A stretch of 64,000 bases of DNA from Hydrurus foetidus (lineage: Eukaryota), in NCBI GenBank assembly GCA_900617105.1, contig UYFQ01000001.1:2294001-2358000 (forward strand), in the 5' to 3' direction. Every line of letters starts with the position of its first letter. Position 1 is the first letter of the stretch. Below, one piece after another: positions 7,761-18,155 of this stretch. Position numbers and translations under genes: made by a program. Below the pieces are notes generated by a model that was not told the DNA's origin, made no database searches, and was given only the letters and a program-made list of their open reading frames with translations.

Positions 7761-10574
7761 ATGAAACAACTCATCGTTTGCCTCACTTTGATCGTTGGCT
7801 CCTAGGCCGCGCACGCGCAACTCACGCTGGTGCGCACGCTTGAAAACATCAGCGAATATTCGCTGCCTAACGGTCTGCAGGTGCTCTTGGTGCCAGACAG
7901 CACCAAGCCCGTGGCAACGGTCAATATCACCTACCGGGTCGGTTCGCGCCACGAAGGCGCGGGGCAGACTGGCTCAGCGCACCTGCTTGAGCACATGCTG
8001 TTTAAGGCCAGCGGTGCAATTGAAGAGCCCAAACGTGAGATGCAGTCACTCGGTATGCGCTGGAACGGCACCACCTGGTTTGACCGCACCAACTACTTTG
8101 CAAGCTTTTTGAGCAACGACAACGAAGCGGCCAAACGCATGGACTTCATGCTGGGTTGGCTCAGCACGATGATGACGCAGGCCAAATTCAGTCGGGCTGA
8201 TTTAGACACAGAAATGACAGTAGTGCGCAACGAGTTTGAGCGCGCCGAAAACGAGCCCGGCCGCGTACTTGGCGACCGCATGCGCAGCATTGCCTTTAGC
8301 TACCACGGCTACCGCCACAGCGTGCTGGGCGCCAGAACCGATATTGAAAACATGCCGCTAGACGGGCTGTACGCTTTTTACCGAAAGCACTACCGCCCCG
8401 ACAACGCGACGCTGGTCATCGCAGGGCGTTTTGACGTGGATGCCGTCAAGCTGAAAATTGCATCAGCTTTTGGCGCGATTGCCAAGCCCGACACGCCGCT
8501 ACCCGTCACGTACACGCTTGACCCGGTTCAAGACGGCGAGCGCAGCGTAACGTTGCGGCGCACCGGCGGCTTTGCCAGCACGGCAGTGTTGTACCGCATG
8601 CCAGCGGGCGGCACCCGGCAAGGCGTTACAGCGCGCTTGTTGGCCGAAACCTTGAGCCAGCGCGGCGGCCCGCTGGTCAGAGCGCTGGTGGTTCCCCAAC
8701 TGGCGGTGACTGAAAACGCAAGTTACACCTCTACCCGTGAACCCGGCTTTTTAGTGGCCGGCATTGGCCTACCCGAAAAAGCCGACGGCATCAGTGACGA
8801 CCAATACGCCATCAAAGCCATCGCTTCAGCCGCGGCGCTGGCCAAGGTGATGGAAATTTACCAACCTACTGACGCAGAAGTACAAACTGCACGTCAAACA
8901 CTTCTGGCCAACTGGCGCGCCCTGCTGCGCGATGCAGAAGCCACCGGGCAAGCGCTGAGCGAAATGGTCGCCATGGGCGACTGGCGCCTGATTTTTGGCG
9001 TGCGCGACGCGCTCGCAGCCATCACGCCGCAAGAGGTTCGCCAGCTGGCCAGCAGCTACTTGCTGGCCAGTAACCGCACGGCAGGTACTTACTTGCCGCT
9101 ACCCGCCGACGCGGCGCTAAAAACGGCGCGCGCGCCAGCGACGTCTGCACCCAGCACCAGCGAACTGGTGTCCAGCGACAGCACGCTACCCAGCCAAAAA
9201 TCAGACCTGTCGATCATTGCGGCTGTTGCGGTGCCAAGCGAAGTCGTCAAAGCTGAGAATTTTGAACTGACCCCCGCCCAAGTTTTGCTGCGAACCCAGC
9301 GCGGCAGGCTGACGGTTGCGGGCGCACCTGGCTTGCAAGTAGCCGTGCTGCCGCGCAGCAGCAAAGACAACCGTGTGACCGGCACTTTGCGGCTGCGTTC
9401 GGGCACGACTGACTCACTCAAAGGCAGCGCGGTGCTGGCCAGCATGCTGGGCAGCCAATTGGTAGAGGGCACCAACACGACCAAGGCGCTAGAGATCAAG
9501 TCGCGCCTGCAGGCGCTTGATGCAACGATTGGCTTTTTTAGCTCGACTGGTTTTTTAAATGCCAACCTGGAATTCCCAGCGAACAACACCGCTGCTGTAA
9601 TGACGCTGCTTGACGAGCTGCTGCGCTCGTCAACTTTCGGGGACGCAGCTTTCAAGCGCCTGCAGCTGGCCATGGCCGCCACACTTGAAGGCACCAAGTC
9701 AGCGCCAGCCGCACTGGCGAGTAATGCGGTAGACCGTGCTTACCGGCCAAAAAGCCTGTACGGCGACGGCGACCCACGAGAAGTCCGCACCTTTGATGAA
9801 ACCCAAGCGCAGATTCGAGCTGCGACCGCCGCTGAGCTGAAGGCCTACTGGCAACGTTTTGGCTCAGCCCGTGTCGGCGAACTGGTGCTGCTAGGACCGG
9901 TTGAATTGACCAGCGTGCAAACGCAATTGCAAACGCTGTGGGGCGACTGGACCAGCGCCGAGCCGCACGCCCCTTGGGCCAGCAGCTATGCCGCACCCCA
10001 AAGCAACGCTGACAACACCTTGTCAATTGCGGTGGCCGACAAAGCCAATGCCAACTACGCAGGTCGCCTGGCGGTAAGCATGAATGAAAGCGACGCGGAT
10101 TTTCCGGCGCTGTTTACCGCCGTACAACTGCTGAGCTTTCAGGGCCTGCGTGAGCGCATTCGCGAAAAAGACGGCTTGAGCTACGGCGTAGCGGCCAACC
10201 TGGCTGTGCCGCGACTTGGCAACACTGCAGCCATTGACATAACGGCCAGCTTTGCGCCAGCCAACCTGGCCAAGCTGCGCGCAGCTCTGCGCGAGGTGCT
10301 GGTGGAAAAAAGAGAGTCTGGTTTTGGCGCGCTTGAAGTGAACTTTGCGAAGTCGGCCATCCTGGCACGCCGCGCCGAGCAGCGCACCGTTCCTGCCAAT
10401 GCAGTTGTCGCCATTGCCAACAACATGCGCTTTGATTTGGCCCTGGACATCGCTGCTAATTTTGACGCTGCGTATCAGCAACTGGATGCAGCAGCAGTCA
10501 ACGCCGCGCTAAAAAAGCACCTCAAGCCTGAACAATTGTGGGATGCCGCTGCGGGCAGTTTTTCAGCCCAATAA
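7761..10574 (+). CDS. M16 (pitrilysin/PqqL-like) zinc peptidase; in-frame TAG at 7803-7805 inside the apparent signal peptide, uninterrupted ORF from GTG 7830
   Basis: HLLEHMLF inverted zinc motif, NGTTWFDRTNY, YRPDNATLV, IREKDGLSYGV; upstream in-frame MKQLIVCLTLIVGS*AAHAQ. Confidence 0.88.
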
Positions 10575-10624
10575 TCCCTTACCCAAAATAGGCGCTAAAA
10601 GGGCATAAATTAGCTCAAAACAGG

Positions 10625-10682
10625 TATGTTTTAGTGCTGTAGCCCAATAAATACGGGCGCAAGCAGCTTCTATATTAATAGC
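10625..10682 (-). repeat. Dispersed N7 element, copy 4, overlapping the ligase stop codon
   Basis: + strand GCTGTAGCCCAATAAATACGGGCGCAAGCA-GCTTC-TATATTA-ATAGC. Confidence 0.85.
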
Positions 10683-12361
10683 AACTTCAGGTCGTCAACG
10701 GTGTTGGCTTCATGAATGGGTTTGTCTGAACGGATGCGCAGCATGCGCGGAAAACGCACCGCAATACCGCTTTTGTGGCGCGGGCTCAAGTTGATGCCTT
10801 CAAAGCCCAGCTCAAACACCAGCGTGGGTTTGACGCTGCGCACCGGGCCAAATTTTTCAAGCGTGGTTTTTCGAATCACGCTGTCGATCTGTTTGAATTC
10901 CACGTCGGTCAAGCCGGAATAAGCTTTGGCAAACGCGGTGAGTTGCAGCGCGCCGTCTTTGGCGGGTTCGCGTTTTTCAATAGCAGCAATCACCGCGTCG
11001 GCCTCGTCGGCATCAAGCGGCGTGCGGTTCCACACTGCAAAGGTGTAGTCGGTGTAGAGCGAAGCGCGCCTGCCGTGCCCGGCTTGCGCGTAAATCAACA
11101 CGCAGTCAATCGTCATGGGCTCGATTTTCCACTTCCACCACAAGCCGTCGGCCTTGGTTCGCCCGGTTCCGTAGGCGGCGTCCAGGCGCTTGAGCATGAA
11201 GCCTTCCACGCCACGTGCGCGAGATTCAGTGCGCAGTGCCGCAAAATCTTGCCATGAGGCCAAGCGCTCAATCGGCGACAACTTGAAATCAGTGCCGGTG
11301 ATGACTTGCTCAAGTTGCACACGGCGTACATGCTGGGGCTGCGCCCGAATGTCTTGGCCGTCCACTTCAAGCAGGTCATACGCCATGAAGGTAACGGGTG
11401 CATCAGCGAGGATTTTTTTGCCGAGCGTTTTACGGCCAATCCGTTGTTGTAAAGTCGAAAACGCTGCTGGCGCGCTGTCAGCCCACACCACAATCTCACC
11501 GTCTAGCACCGTGCCATCTGGCAGGCGCTGCGCCAGCGCCACCAGCTCGGGAAAGCGCTCAGTCATCAGCTCTTCGCCACGCGACCATACCCACGCCTGC
11601 CCTGCCCGCTTGACGATTTGCCCGCGAATGCCGTCGTACTTCCATTCAACTTGCCAGTCGCTGACTGGGCCCAGTTTGGTGTCCAGCTCTGGCAACTGGG
11701 CATCAAGCTGATGGGCCAGAAAAAACGGGTACGGCTGGCCTGCGTCCATCACATCAAGAGCGCCGGATTCAGTCTGCGCAATCAGCGCTTGAAATCGGCT
11801 GGCGGTCGGCAGCACTTTGGCGTCTGCGTAGCCCATCATGCGCTGGGCGATGCGCTTGGCATCTAACCCTGAATAGGCAGCCAGCGCGCGTTGCACCAGC
11901 AGCTTGCTAACGCCAACGCGAAAGCCGCCACCTACCAGCTTGATAAGCAAAAATCGCCCGCGTGAATCCAGCTCACGCCAATAGCTTTTGACACGCAGAG
12001 CCACCTCTGCGTCGGCCAAACCGCGCAAAGGCAGCAAGCGGTCTTCCATCCACACGGCAAGGCCCACATCGCTGGGCTCAAAATCAAGTGGTAGAACATA
12101 GGCAATGGTTTCGGCCAAGTCGCCCACTGCCTGGTAGCACTCTTCAAACAGCCAGTCCTCAATGCCCGCTGCCTCGGTAGCAAGCGCGCGCAGCGCGGCA
12201 GTCTTCACAACTTGCCGGGGCTTGCCGCCTGATAAAAAATACACCGCCCACGCGGCGTCTTCTGGTGCGGCCCGTTCAAAGTACTGCTTGAGCGAAGCAA
12301 CTTTGGCATTGGTGGAGGTGGTGCTGTCCAGCTCTGAAAACAAATTGGCGAAGTGCTTCAT
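10670..12361 (-). CDS. ATP-dependent DNA ligase of the ligase-associated repair system
   Basis: EWKYDGIR adenylation motif, LDGEI, EGFMLK, WWKWK, HKSGIAVRFPR. Confidence 0.95.
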   Translation of the reverse strand: MKHFANLFSELDSTTSTNAKVASLKQYFERAAPEDAAWAVYFLSGGKPRQVVKTAALRALATEAAGIEDWLFEECYQAVGDLAETIAYVLPLDFEPSDVGLAVWMEDRLLPLRGLADAEVALRVKSYWRELDSRGRFLLIKLVGGGFRVGVSKLLVQRALAAYSGLDAKRIAQRMMGYADAKVLPTASRFQALIAQTESGALDVMDAGQPYPFFLAHQLDAQLPELDTKLGPVSDWQVEWKYDGIRGQIVKRAGQAWVWSRGEELMTERFPELVALAQRLPDGTVLDGEIVVWADSAPAAFSTLQQRIGRKTLGKKILADAPVTFMAYDLLEVDGQDIRAQPQHVRRVQLEQVITGTDFKLSPIERLASWQDFAALRTESRARGVEGFMLKRLDAAYGTGRTKADGLWWKWKIEPMTIDCVLIYAQAGHGRRASLYTDYTFAVWNRTPLDADEADAVIAAIEKREPAKDGALQLTAFAKAYSGLTDVEFKQIDSVIRKTTLEKFGPVRSVKPTLVFELGFEGINLSPRHKSGIAVRFPRMLRIRSDKPIHEANTVDDLKLLLI

Positions 12362-13380
12362 GCGGGCACTGCTGGTTCGGCTTTTTCATCGGCTGCATCG
12401 TCACCGTATTCGGTGTGAAAGGACTCTGCTTGCAGGCCTTGCTCAGTCAAGTACCGCACCATGACTGGAATGCTGCCGTGCGTAACGATCACTCGATTGG
12501 CACCCGTGGCACCAATCGCGCCCATCAGCCCAGGCCAGTCGGAATGGTCGCTCAGTACAAAGCCCTTGTCGTAACTGCCCCTGCGCCGCGCGCCGCGCAG
12601 TTGCATCCAGCCGCTGGCAAACGCATCACTGAAGTCGCCAAAGCGCTTGGCCCAGGGAGACGACGCAGCACTCGGTGGGCACAACACCAGCGCGCGTTTA
12701 AAGTCTGCTGGGTCAGTCACTTCGCTGACCAGTTTTGTGTCAGGCAAATTCACACCAGCGTCGCGGTAAGCGGCGTTGAGGGTTTGAATTGCGCTGTGTA
12801 CCACTATTGGCGCAATCGACGGGTCTACTCCGCTCAAAATCCGCTGCGCTTTGCCGAAGCTGTAGCACATCAGTACGCTGGCGCGCCCCACAGCTGCGTT
12901 AGCCGCCCACCAGGCGTTGATTTCAGCAAACACTTCTGCATCGTCACGCCAGCGGTAAATCGGCAAGCCGAAGGTTGATTCGGTGATGAACACGTCGCAG
13001 CGCACCGGCTCAAAAGGCGCGCAAGTCTTGTCTGGCGCAACTTTGTAGTCGCCGCTGGCCACCCAGGTGTGCCCACCATGCTGCAGCCTAACCTGCGCCG
13101 AGCCCAGCACATGCCCGGCCGGGTGCAAAGACACCGACACGCCGTTGTGCGTGACCTGCTCGCCATACTGCAAACTTTGCATCGCAATGTTTGCACCCAG
13201 ACGTGACCGCAGCACGCCTTCAGCGGGCGCAGTGGCAAGGTAATGGCCGTGACCCGTACGTGCGTGGTCTGCGTGGGCGTGCGTGATCACTGCCCGCGCC
13301 ACTGGCCGCCACGGGTCAATATAAAAATCGCCCGGCGGGCAGTACAGCCCTTCTGGCCTTTGAACAATCAAATCTTGCAC
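12358..13380 (-). CDS. Ligase-associated DNA damage response exonuclease (metallo-beta-lactamase fold)
   Basis: THAHADH, AGHVLGS, SGDYK, ESTFGLP, YSFGKAQR, LSDHSDW; overlaps the ligase start by 4 nt. Confidence 0.93.
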   Translation of the reverse strand: MQDLIVQRPEGLYCPPGDFYIDPWRPVARAVITHAHADHARTGHGHYLATAPAEGVLRSRLGANIAMQSLQYGEQVTHNGVSVSLHPAGHVLGSAQVRLQHGGHTWVASGDYKVAPDKTCAPFEPVRCDVFITESTFGLPIYRWRDDAEVFAEINAWWAANAAVGRASVLMCYSFGKAQRILSGVDPSIAPIVVHSAIQTLNAAYRDAGVNLPDTKLVSEVTDPADFKRALVLCPPSAASSPWAKRFGDFSDAFASGWMQLRGARRRGSYDKGFVLSDHSDWPGLMGAIGATGANRVIVTHGSIPVMVRYLTEQGLQAESFHTEYGDDAADEKAEPAVPA

Positions 13381-13405
13381 GAGTTCTTTCCTGCGTTAGG
13401 CCAAA

Positions 13406-14656
13406 CTAATAGCGTTTTCCAGTTAACCACAGCAGCGCGCGCATCACGCCATAAGCAAACCAGTCCAGCATGCGTTGAGTGAGCGGCCTGCCCAAGTGCG
13501 TTGCGTATTCAATGCGGCCGCCTTGCAGCGCTACCGCGTTGTGCAGGCAGTCGCGCAGCTCTTGCGCAAATGTGGCGCCCTCAATGACTACATTCGCTTC
13601 ACGCGCCAGTAGCAGGCTCAAGGGATCCAAATTGGACGAGCCTACCGTGGCCCAATGGCCGTCAATGACTGCAACCTTGGCATGCAAAAAGCTTTGTGCA
13701 TAAGCGTGAATTTCAATACCCTCTTTGAGCAAAGCGTCGTACACCGGGCGGGACGCGTGGTACTGCATAAAGTACTCGTACTTGCCTTGCAGCAGCACCG
13801 TCACTTTCACGCCCCGCCGCGCGGCGCCTATCAGTGCGCGGCGCAACTTGCCGCCTGGCAAAAAGTAAGCGTTCGCAATCACGATGTCTTGCCGCGCATG
13901 GCCAATCGCTTTGAGGTAACTTTTTTCAATGCTGCTGCGGTTACGCAAGTTGTCGCGCAGTACCAAGGCTGCATGTATCGCGGGCAGTCCGCTTTCGGCT
14001 GTGCCTTGCTTGGCAGATTCAAGCGTGCTGCTGGTGCGGCCGCCGTAGCCCGCTGCCTTAAATTCGTCCCACGCAGTGCCTAAATTGCGTTGCCGGGCAC
14101 TGTAGCCCGCCTGCACCCGCCACCACAGCAGCGTGACAGCTTCAGCCGCATCAACGGCGAGTTCGCCTGTGGCTGAAATGGCGAAATCAAAGCGCGGCTC
14201 GGTAAGGGGGCCGTGATTCGGGTCGTGAAAATCATCGAGGATATTGATGCCGCCGCAAAACACGATGCGCTGATCAATCACGCACAACTTGCGGTGCAAC
14301 CGGCGCCACGCCAGTGGCCTTAGTATTCCCCAGCTTGAAGCTAACGGCGAATACACACACCAGTCAACGCCAGCGCTGTGCATTTTTTGCTGCCACTCGG
14401 CAGGCAGTGCTGCAGAGCCAATGCCATCGACCAGCACCTGCACAGTCACGCCGCGCTGCGCCGCGCGAGCCAAAGCGTTTGCAACGTCTGCACCCGAGCC
14501 AAAAACATCAAACAAATAGGTTTCTAGCTGCACCCACGATTGCGCTTCATCAATGGCTTGCACCAACGCAGGAAAGTACTCGCGGCTGCCTTCAAACAGG
14601 CGCAGGTTTTCAGCGATGTGCTGTGCTTTTTTATCGCGTTGATAGCTGGAAGGCAT
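13406..14656 (-). CDS. clsB: Cardiolipin synthase B (phospholipase D family)
   Basis: Two HKD motifs (HRKLCVID, HAKVAVID), GGINI, ANAYFLP, GSSNLD. Confidence 0.88.
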   Translation of the reverse strand: MPSSYQRDKKAQHIAENLRLFEGSREYFPALVQAIDEAQSWVQLETYLFDVFGSGADVANALARAAQRGVTVQVLVDGIGSAALPAEWQQKMHSAGVDWCVYSPLASSWGILRPLAWRRLHRKLCVIDQRIVFCGGINILDDFHDPNHGPLTEPRFDFAISATGELAVDAAEAVTLLWWRVQAGYSARQRNLGTAWDEFKAAGYGGRTSSTLESAKQGTAESGLPAIHAALVLRDNLRNRSSIEKSYLKAIGHARQDIVIANAYFLPGGKLRRALIGAARRGVKVTVLLQGKYEYFMQYHASRPVYDALLKEGIEIHAYAQSFLHAKVAVIDGHWATVGSSNLDPLSLLLAREANVVIEGATFAQELRDCLHNAVALQGGRIEYATHLGRPLTQRMLDWFAYGVMRALLWLTGKRY

Positions 14657-14698
14657 GGCCTAGGTTACGACAGAAATGACCCGAAACCCCCAGGCAGC

Positions 14699-15142
14699 TC
14701 ATGCCATGAATCGGGGCAGCATCAGTATGGCCTCAGCATTGGAAGGCGAGTAGCAAGCATCTGCCGCCTCTCGATAAGGCAACCATTTAAGCGCCGTGTG
14801 CTCGGTGGGGCTTAACACCACCTGCGTGCCGCTTGGAACACACAAACTGAAAACATGCTCCGTGTTGCGCACGACTCCCGGCGCGTAGCGATGCCGCCAC
14901 GCTGGATAAATTTCGTAAACATTTGCTACCGCCCAATCCTCAAAGGCCGCTGCGTTGGCTTTGATACCTGTTTCTTCGGCGACTTCGCGGATTGCAGTGT
15001 CGAGCAGTGCCTCGCTCAAAAAGTCTTTGGAGCCGGTCACGCATTGCCAAAAGTCAGGGTGATCGGCTCGCTCAATAAGCAGCACGTTCGCATCTGGCGT
15101 GTGAATGACCACCAGCACCGACTCTGGAATTTTAAAATTCAC
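14699..15142 (-). CDS. nudB: Dihydroneopterin triphosphate diphosphatase (Nudix)
   Basis: KIPESVLVVI, WQCVTGS, REVAEETG, RYAPGV, SPSNAEA; downstream of aspS. Confidence 0.92.
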   Translation of the reverse strand: MNFKIPESVLVVIHTPDANVLLIERADHPDFWQCVTGSKDFLSEALLDTAIREVAEETGIKANAAAFEDWAVANVYEIYPAWRHRYAPGVVRNTEHVFSLCVPSGTQVVLSPTEHTALKWLPYREAADACYSPSNAEAILMLPRFMA

Positions 15143-15217
15143 TGCAGCGCCTTACCCGCGCCAGGCGCACAGGTCACCCCACTGGCTGCAGCGTGAAGCA
15201 GGGCTTGCGCTGCAGCG

Positions 15218-17017
15218 TTAGACCGCGGCCGGCGCACGCAAGCGAATGTGCAGCTCTTTGAGTTGCTTTTCATCGACTGGGCTCGGCGCATGGGTAAGCA
15301 AGCACTGGGCGCGCTGGGTTTTGGGGAAGGCAATCACGTCGCGAATCGACTCTGCGCCGGTCATCATGGTCACAATGCGGTCCAAGCCGAAGGCCAAGCC
15401 GCCGTGCGGCGGCGCACCGTATTGCAAGGCGTCTAACAAGAAACCGAACTTTTCTTGCGCCTCTTCAGGGCCAATTTTCAGGGCATTAAACACTTTGCTC
15501 TGCACATCGGCTTGGTGAATACGCACCGACCCGCCGCCTAACTCCCAGCCATTGAGCACCATGTCGTAGGCCTTGGCGATGCACTTGCCAGGGTCTGTGT
15601 CCATCCAGTCTTCGTGGCCGTCTTTCGGCGCGGTAAACGGGTGGTGAACAGCGCTCCAGCGGTTGTTGACTTCGTCGTGCTCGAACATGGGAAAGTCAAC
15701 TATCCACAATGGCTTCCAGCCTGCCGTGAACAAACCGAGCTTTTTACCCAACACGCTCAGGCCAACTTTCAAACGGAGCGCACCGATGCTGTCGTTCACA
15801 ATTTTGGCTGTGTCGGCACCGAAGAAAATCAAATCGCCATTGGCAGCGCCGGTGCGCTTGAGAATTTCAGTAAGTGCGGCATCGTGAATGTTTTTAACAA
15901 TCGGGCTTTGCAAGCCATCGCGGCCCTTAGCCACGTCGTTAACCTTGATCCACGCCAGCCCCTTGGCACCATAGATTTTGACGAATTCGGTGTAGCCGTC
16001 GATCTCGCTGCGCGGCATTTCCGCGCCGCCTGCAACCCGCAGCGCGACCACTCGGCCACCCACTGTGGTAGCCGGTACGCTGAACACCTTGAAGTCAACA
16101 TCCGCCATGACGTCAGTTAACTCGGTGAACTCCATGTTCACGCGCAAATCGGGCTTATCAGAGCCAAAGCGATGCATGGCTTCTCCGTAAGCCATGACCG
16201 GAAATTCACCTAGATCGGTATTAAGTACAGTCTTAAAAATGTTGGTGATCATGCCTTGAAACATGTCACGAATATCTTGCTCGCCCATGAAGGACGTTTC
16301 AATATCTATCTGCGTGAATTCAGGTTGCCGGTCGGCGCGCAAGTCTTCGTCGCGAAAGCATTTGGTGATTTGGTAGTAGCGGTCGTAGCCAGCAACCATC
16401 AGCAACTGTTTAAACAGCTGCGGGCTTTGCGGCAGTGCGAAAAAGTGACCTTCGTTGACGCGGCTGGGCACCAAATAATCGCGCGCACCTTCGGGTGTGC
16501 TCTTGGTCAGCATCGGAGTTTCAATATCAATGAATCCGTTGGCGTCCAAAAACTTGCGGGTTTCCATCGCCACGCGGTAACGCAGCATCAGGTTGTTTTG
16601 CATGTACGGCCGGCGCAAATCGAGCACGCGGTGCGTCAGGCGGGTGGTTTCAGACAGGTTGTCGTCGTCTAGCTGAAAAGGCGGCGTGACGCTCGGGTTC
16701 AGCACGGTCATTTCCTGACAAAGCACTTCTATCTTGCCGCTTTTCAGGCCATCGTTCACGGTGCCTTCAGGTCGTGCCCGCACCAAGCCTTTGACCTGAA
16801 TGCAAAACTCATTGCGCACGCCCTCTGCTGTTTTGAACATATCAGCACGGTCAGGATCGCAAACGACTTGTACATAACCCTCGCGGTCACGAAGGTCAAC
16901 AAAAATCACGCCGCCGTGGTCACGCCGGCGATTGACCCAGCCGCACAATGAAACGGTTTGGCCCATCAGGGCTTCGGTCACCAGACCGCAATAGTTTGAA
17001 CGCATTTGGGAAGTCAT
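15218..17017 (-). CDS. aspS: Aspartate-tRNA ligase
   Basis: [53 protein letters not shown]. Confidence 0.98.
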   Translation of the reverse strand: MTSQMRSNYCGLVTEALMGQTVSLCGWVNRRRDHGGVIFVDLRDREGYVQVVCDPDRADMFKTAEGVRNEFCIQVKGLVRARPEGTVNDGLKSGKIEVLCQEMTVLNPSVTPPFQLDDDNLSETTRLTHRVLDLRRPYMQNNLMLRYRVAMETRKFLDANGFIDIETPMLTKSTPEGARDYLVPSRVNEGHFFALPQSPQLFKQLLMVAGYDRYYQITKCFRDEDLRADRQPEFTQIDIETSFMGEQDIRDMFQGMITNIFKTVLNTDLGEFPVMAYGEAMHRFGSDKPDLRVNMEFTELTDVMADVDFKVFSVPATTVGGRVVALRVAGGAEMPRSEIDGYTEFVKIYGAKGLAWIKVNDVAKGRDGLQSPIVKNIHDAALTEILKRTGAANGDLIFFGADTAKIVNDSIGALRLKVGLSVLGKKLGLFTAGWKPLWIVDFPMFEHDEVNNRWSAVHHPFTAPKDGHEDWMDTDPGKCIAKAYDMVLNGWELGGGSVRIHQADVQSKVFNALKIGPEEAQEKFGFLLDALQYGAPPHGGLAFGLDRIVTMMTGAESIRDVIAFPKTQRAQCLLTHAPSPVDEKQLKELHIRLRAPAAV

Positions 17018-17072
17018 AAATTTAGATTGAAGTTACTTGGGGTTGGCGACTTGAGCGTATTGCCCGAACTTA

Positions 17073-17696
17073 TTATTTAGGCTTGTAGGTGGCGGCACTA
17101 CCGGGCACCACAACACCCATTGAAATGACGTAGGTAAGCGCTTCGTCAACGCTCATTTTTAGCTCAATGCAGTCTTGGCGTTTGAGCATGACGAAGTAGC
17201 CGCCCGTTGGGTTGGGCGTGGTGGGAACGTACACGCTTAAATAATCGCCCGACAAATGATTGACCACATCGCCACCAGGTGTGCCGGTTTGAAAACCAAT
17301 CGTCCACACGCCTTCGCGCGGCCACTGCACCAACAGAGCTTTTCTAAACGCGTTGCCGTTCTCAGAAAACAGGGTGTCTGAGACTTGCTTGACGCTTGAG
17401 TAAATTGACCGAACGATGGGAATGCGGTTAAGCAGCAAATCCCACCAGCTGACCAGTTTTTTACCGAAAAAATTACTGGCAATGGCACCAATCACCAGCA
17501 CAATGCCCAGCGCCAGCAGCACGCCAAAACCAGGTATGTGAAAACCGATGAGCTTGTCGGGGTGCCAGTTGCCCGGAAGAATTTGAAGTGTTTGATCTAG
17601 CGTGGCAACAAACCAGTTCAGCAACCACACCGTGATCGCCAGCGGAACCAGCACCAGCAAACCAGCGAGTAGCCATTTGCGAATGGCTGCCATCAC
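17073..17696 (-). CDS. DUF502 membrane protein
   Basis: LAGLLVLVPLAIT, RIPIVRSIYSSVKQ, YVPTTPNPTGG. Confidence 0.9.
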   Translation of the reverse strand: MMAAIRKWLLAGLLVLVPLAITVWLLNWFVATLDQTLQILPGNWHPDKLIGFHIPGFGVLLALGIVLVIGAIASNFFGKKLVSWWDLLLNRIPIVRSIYSSVKQVSDTLFSENGNAFRKALLVQWPREGVWTIGFQTGTPGGDVVNHLSGDYLSVYVPTTPNPTGGYFVMLKRQDCIELKMSVDEALTYVISMGVVVPGSAATYKPK

Positions 17697-18082
17697 TTAG
17701 CCGCCTTGGGGGCTGGCGCGGGGCTGGCAGCAGGGGTTGAAGAGGCGGTTGCAGCGGGTGCGGGCGCTGGAGCAGTTGACGGCGCAGCAGTGTCGGGTTT
17801 CGCAGGGGCGGCGTCAGAACCGTTGCCGGCAGGCGCGGCCGCCTTGTCGGTACCGGCTCCTTCTTTGGCTTTGTCAGCGCCGCCCTTACCATCCGATTTA
17901 GCATCACGAAAATCCGTGACGTACCAGCCAGAGCCTTTGAGCTGAAATCCTGCCGACGTAAGCTGCTTTTTAAACGCGGCAGCACCGCACTGAGGGCAAT
18001 CTACCAACGGGGCGTCTGACATCTTTTGCAAAACATCTTTTGCATGCCCGCATGAGTCGCATTTGTAGGCGTAAATTGGCAT
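17693..18082 (-). CDS. FmdB-family zinc-ribbon protein with Ala/Pro-rich tail
   Basis: MPIYAYKCDSCGH...CPQCG...FQLKGSGWYVTDF. Confidence 0.92.
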   Translation of the reverse strand: MPIYAYKCDSCGHAKDVLQKMSDAPLVDCPQCGAAAFKKQLTSAGFQLKGSGWYVTDFRDAKSDGKGGADKAKEGAGTDKAAAPAGNGSDAAPAKPDTAAPSTAPAPAPAATASSTPAASPAPAPKAAK

Positions 18083-18155
18083 GGTGTGAGGCAATTCTTG
18101 GGGTAAGCGCGGCACCCATTGCCGCTAAGCAAAGCCTTCAATTATAAGGGTCAGC

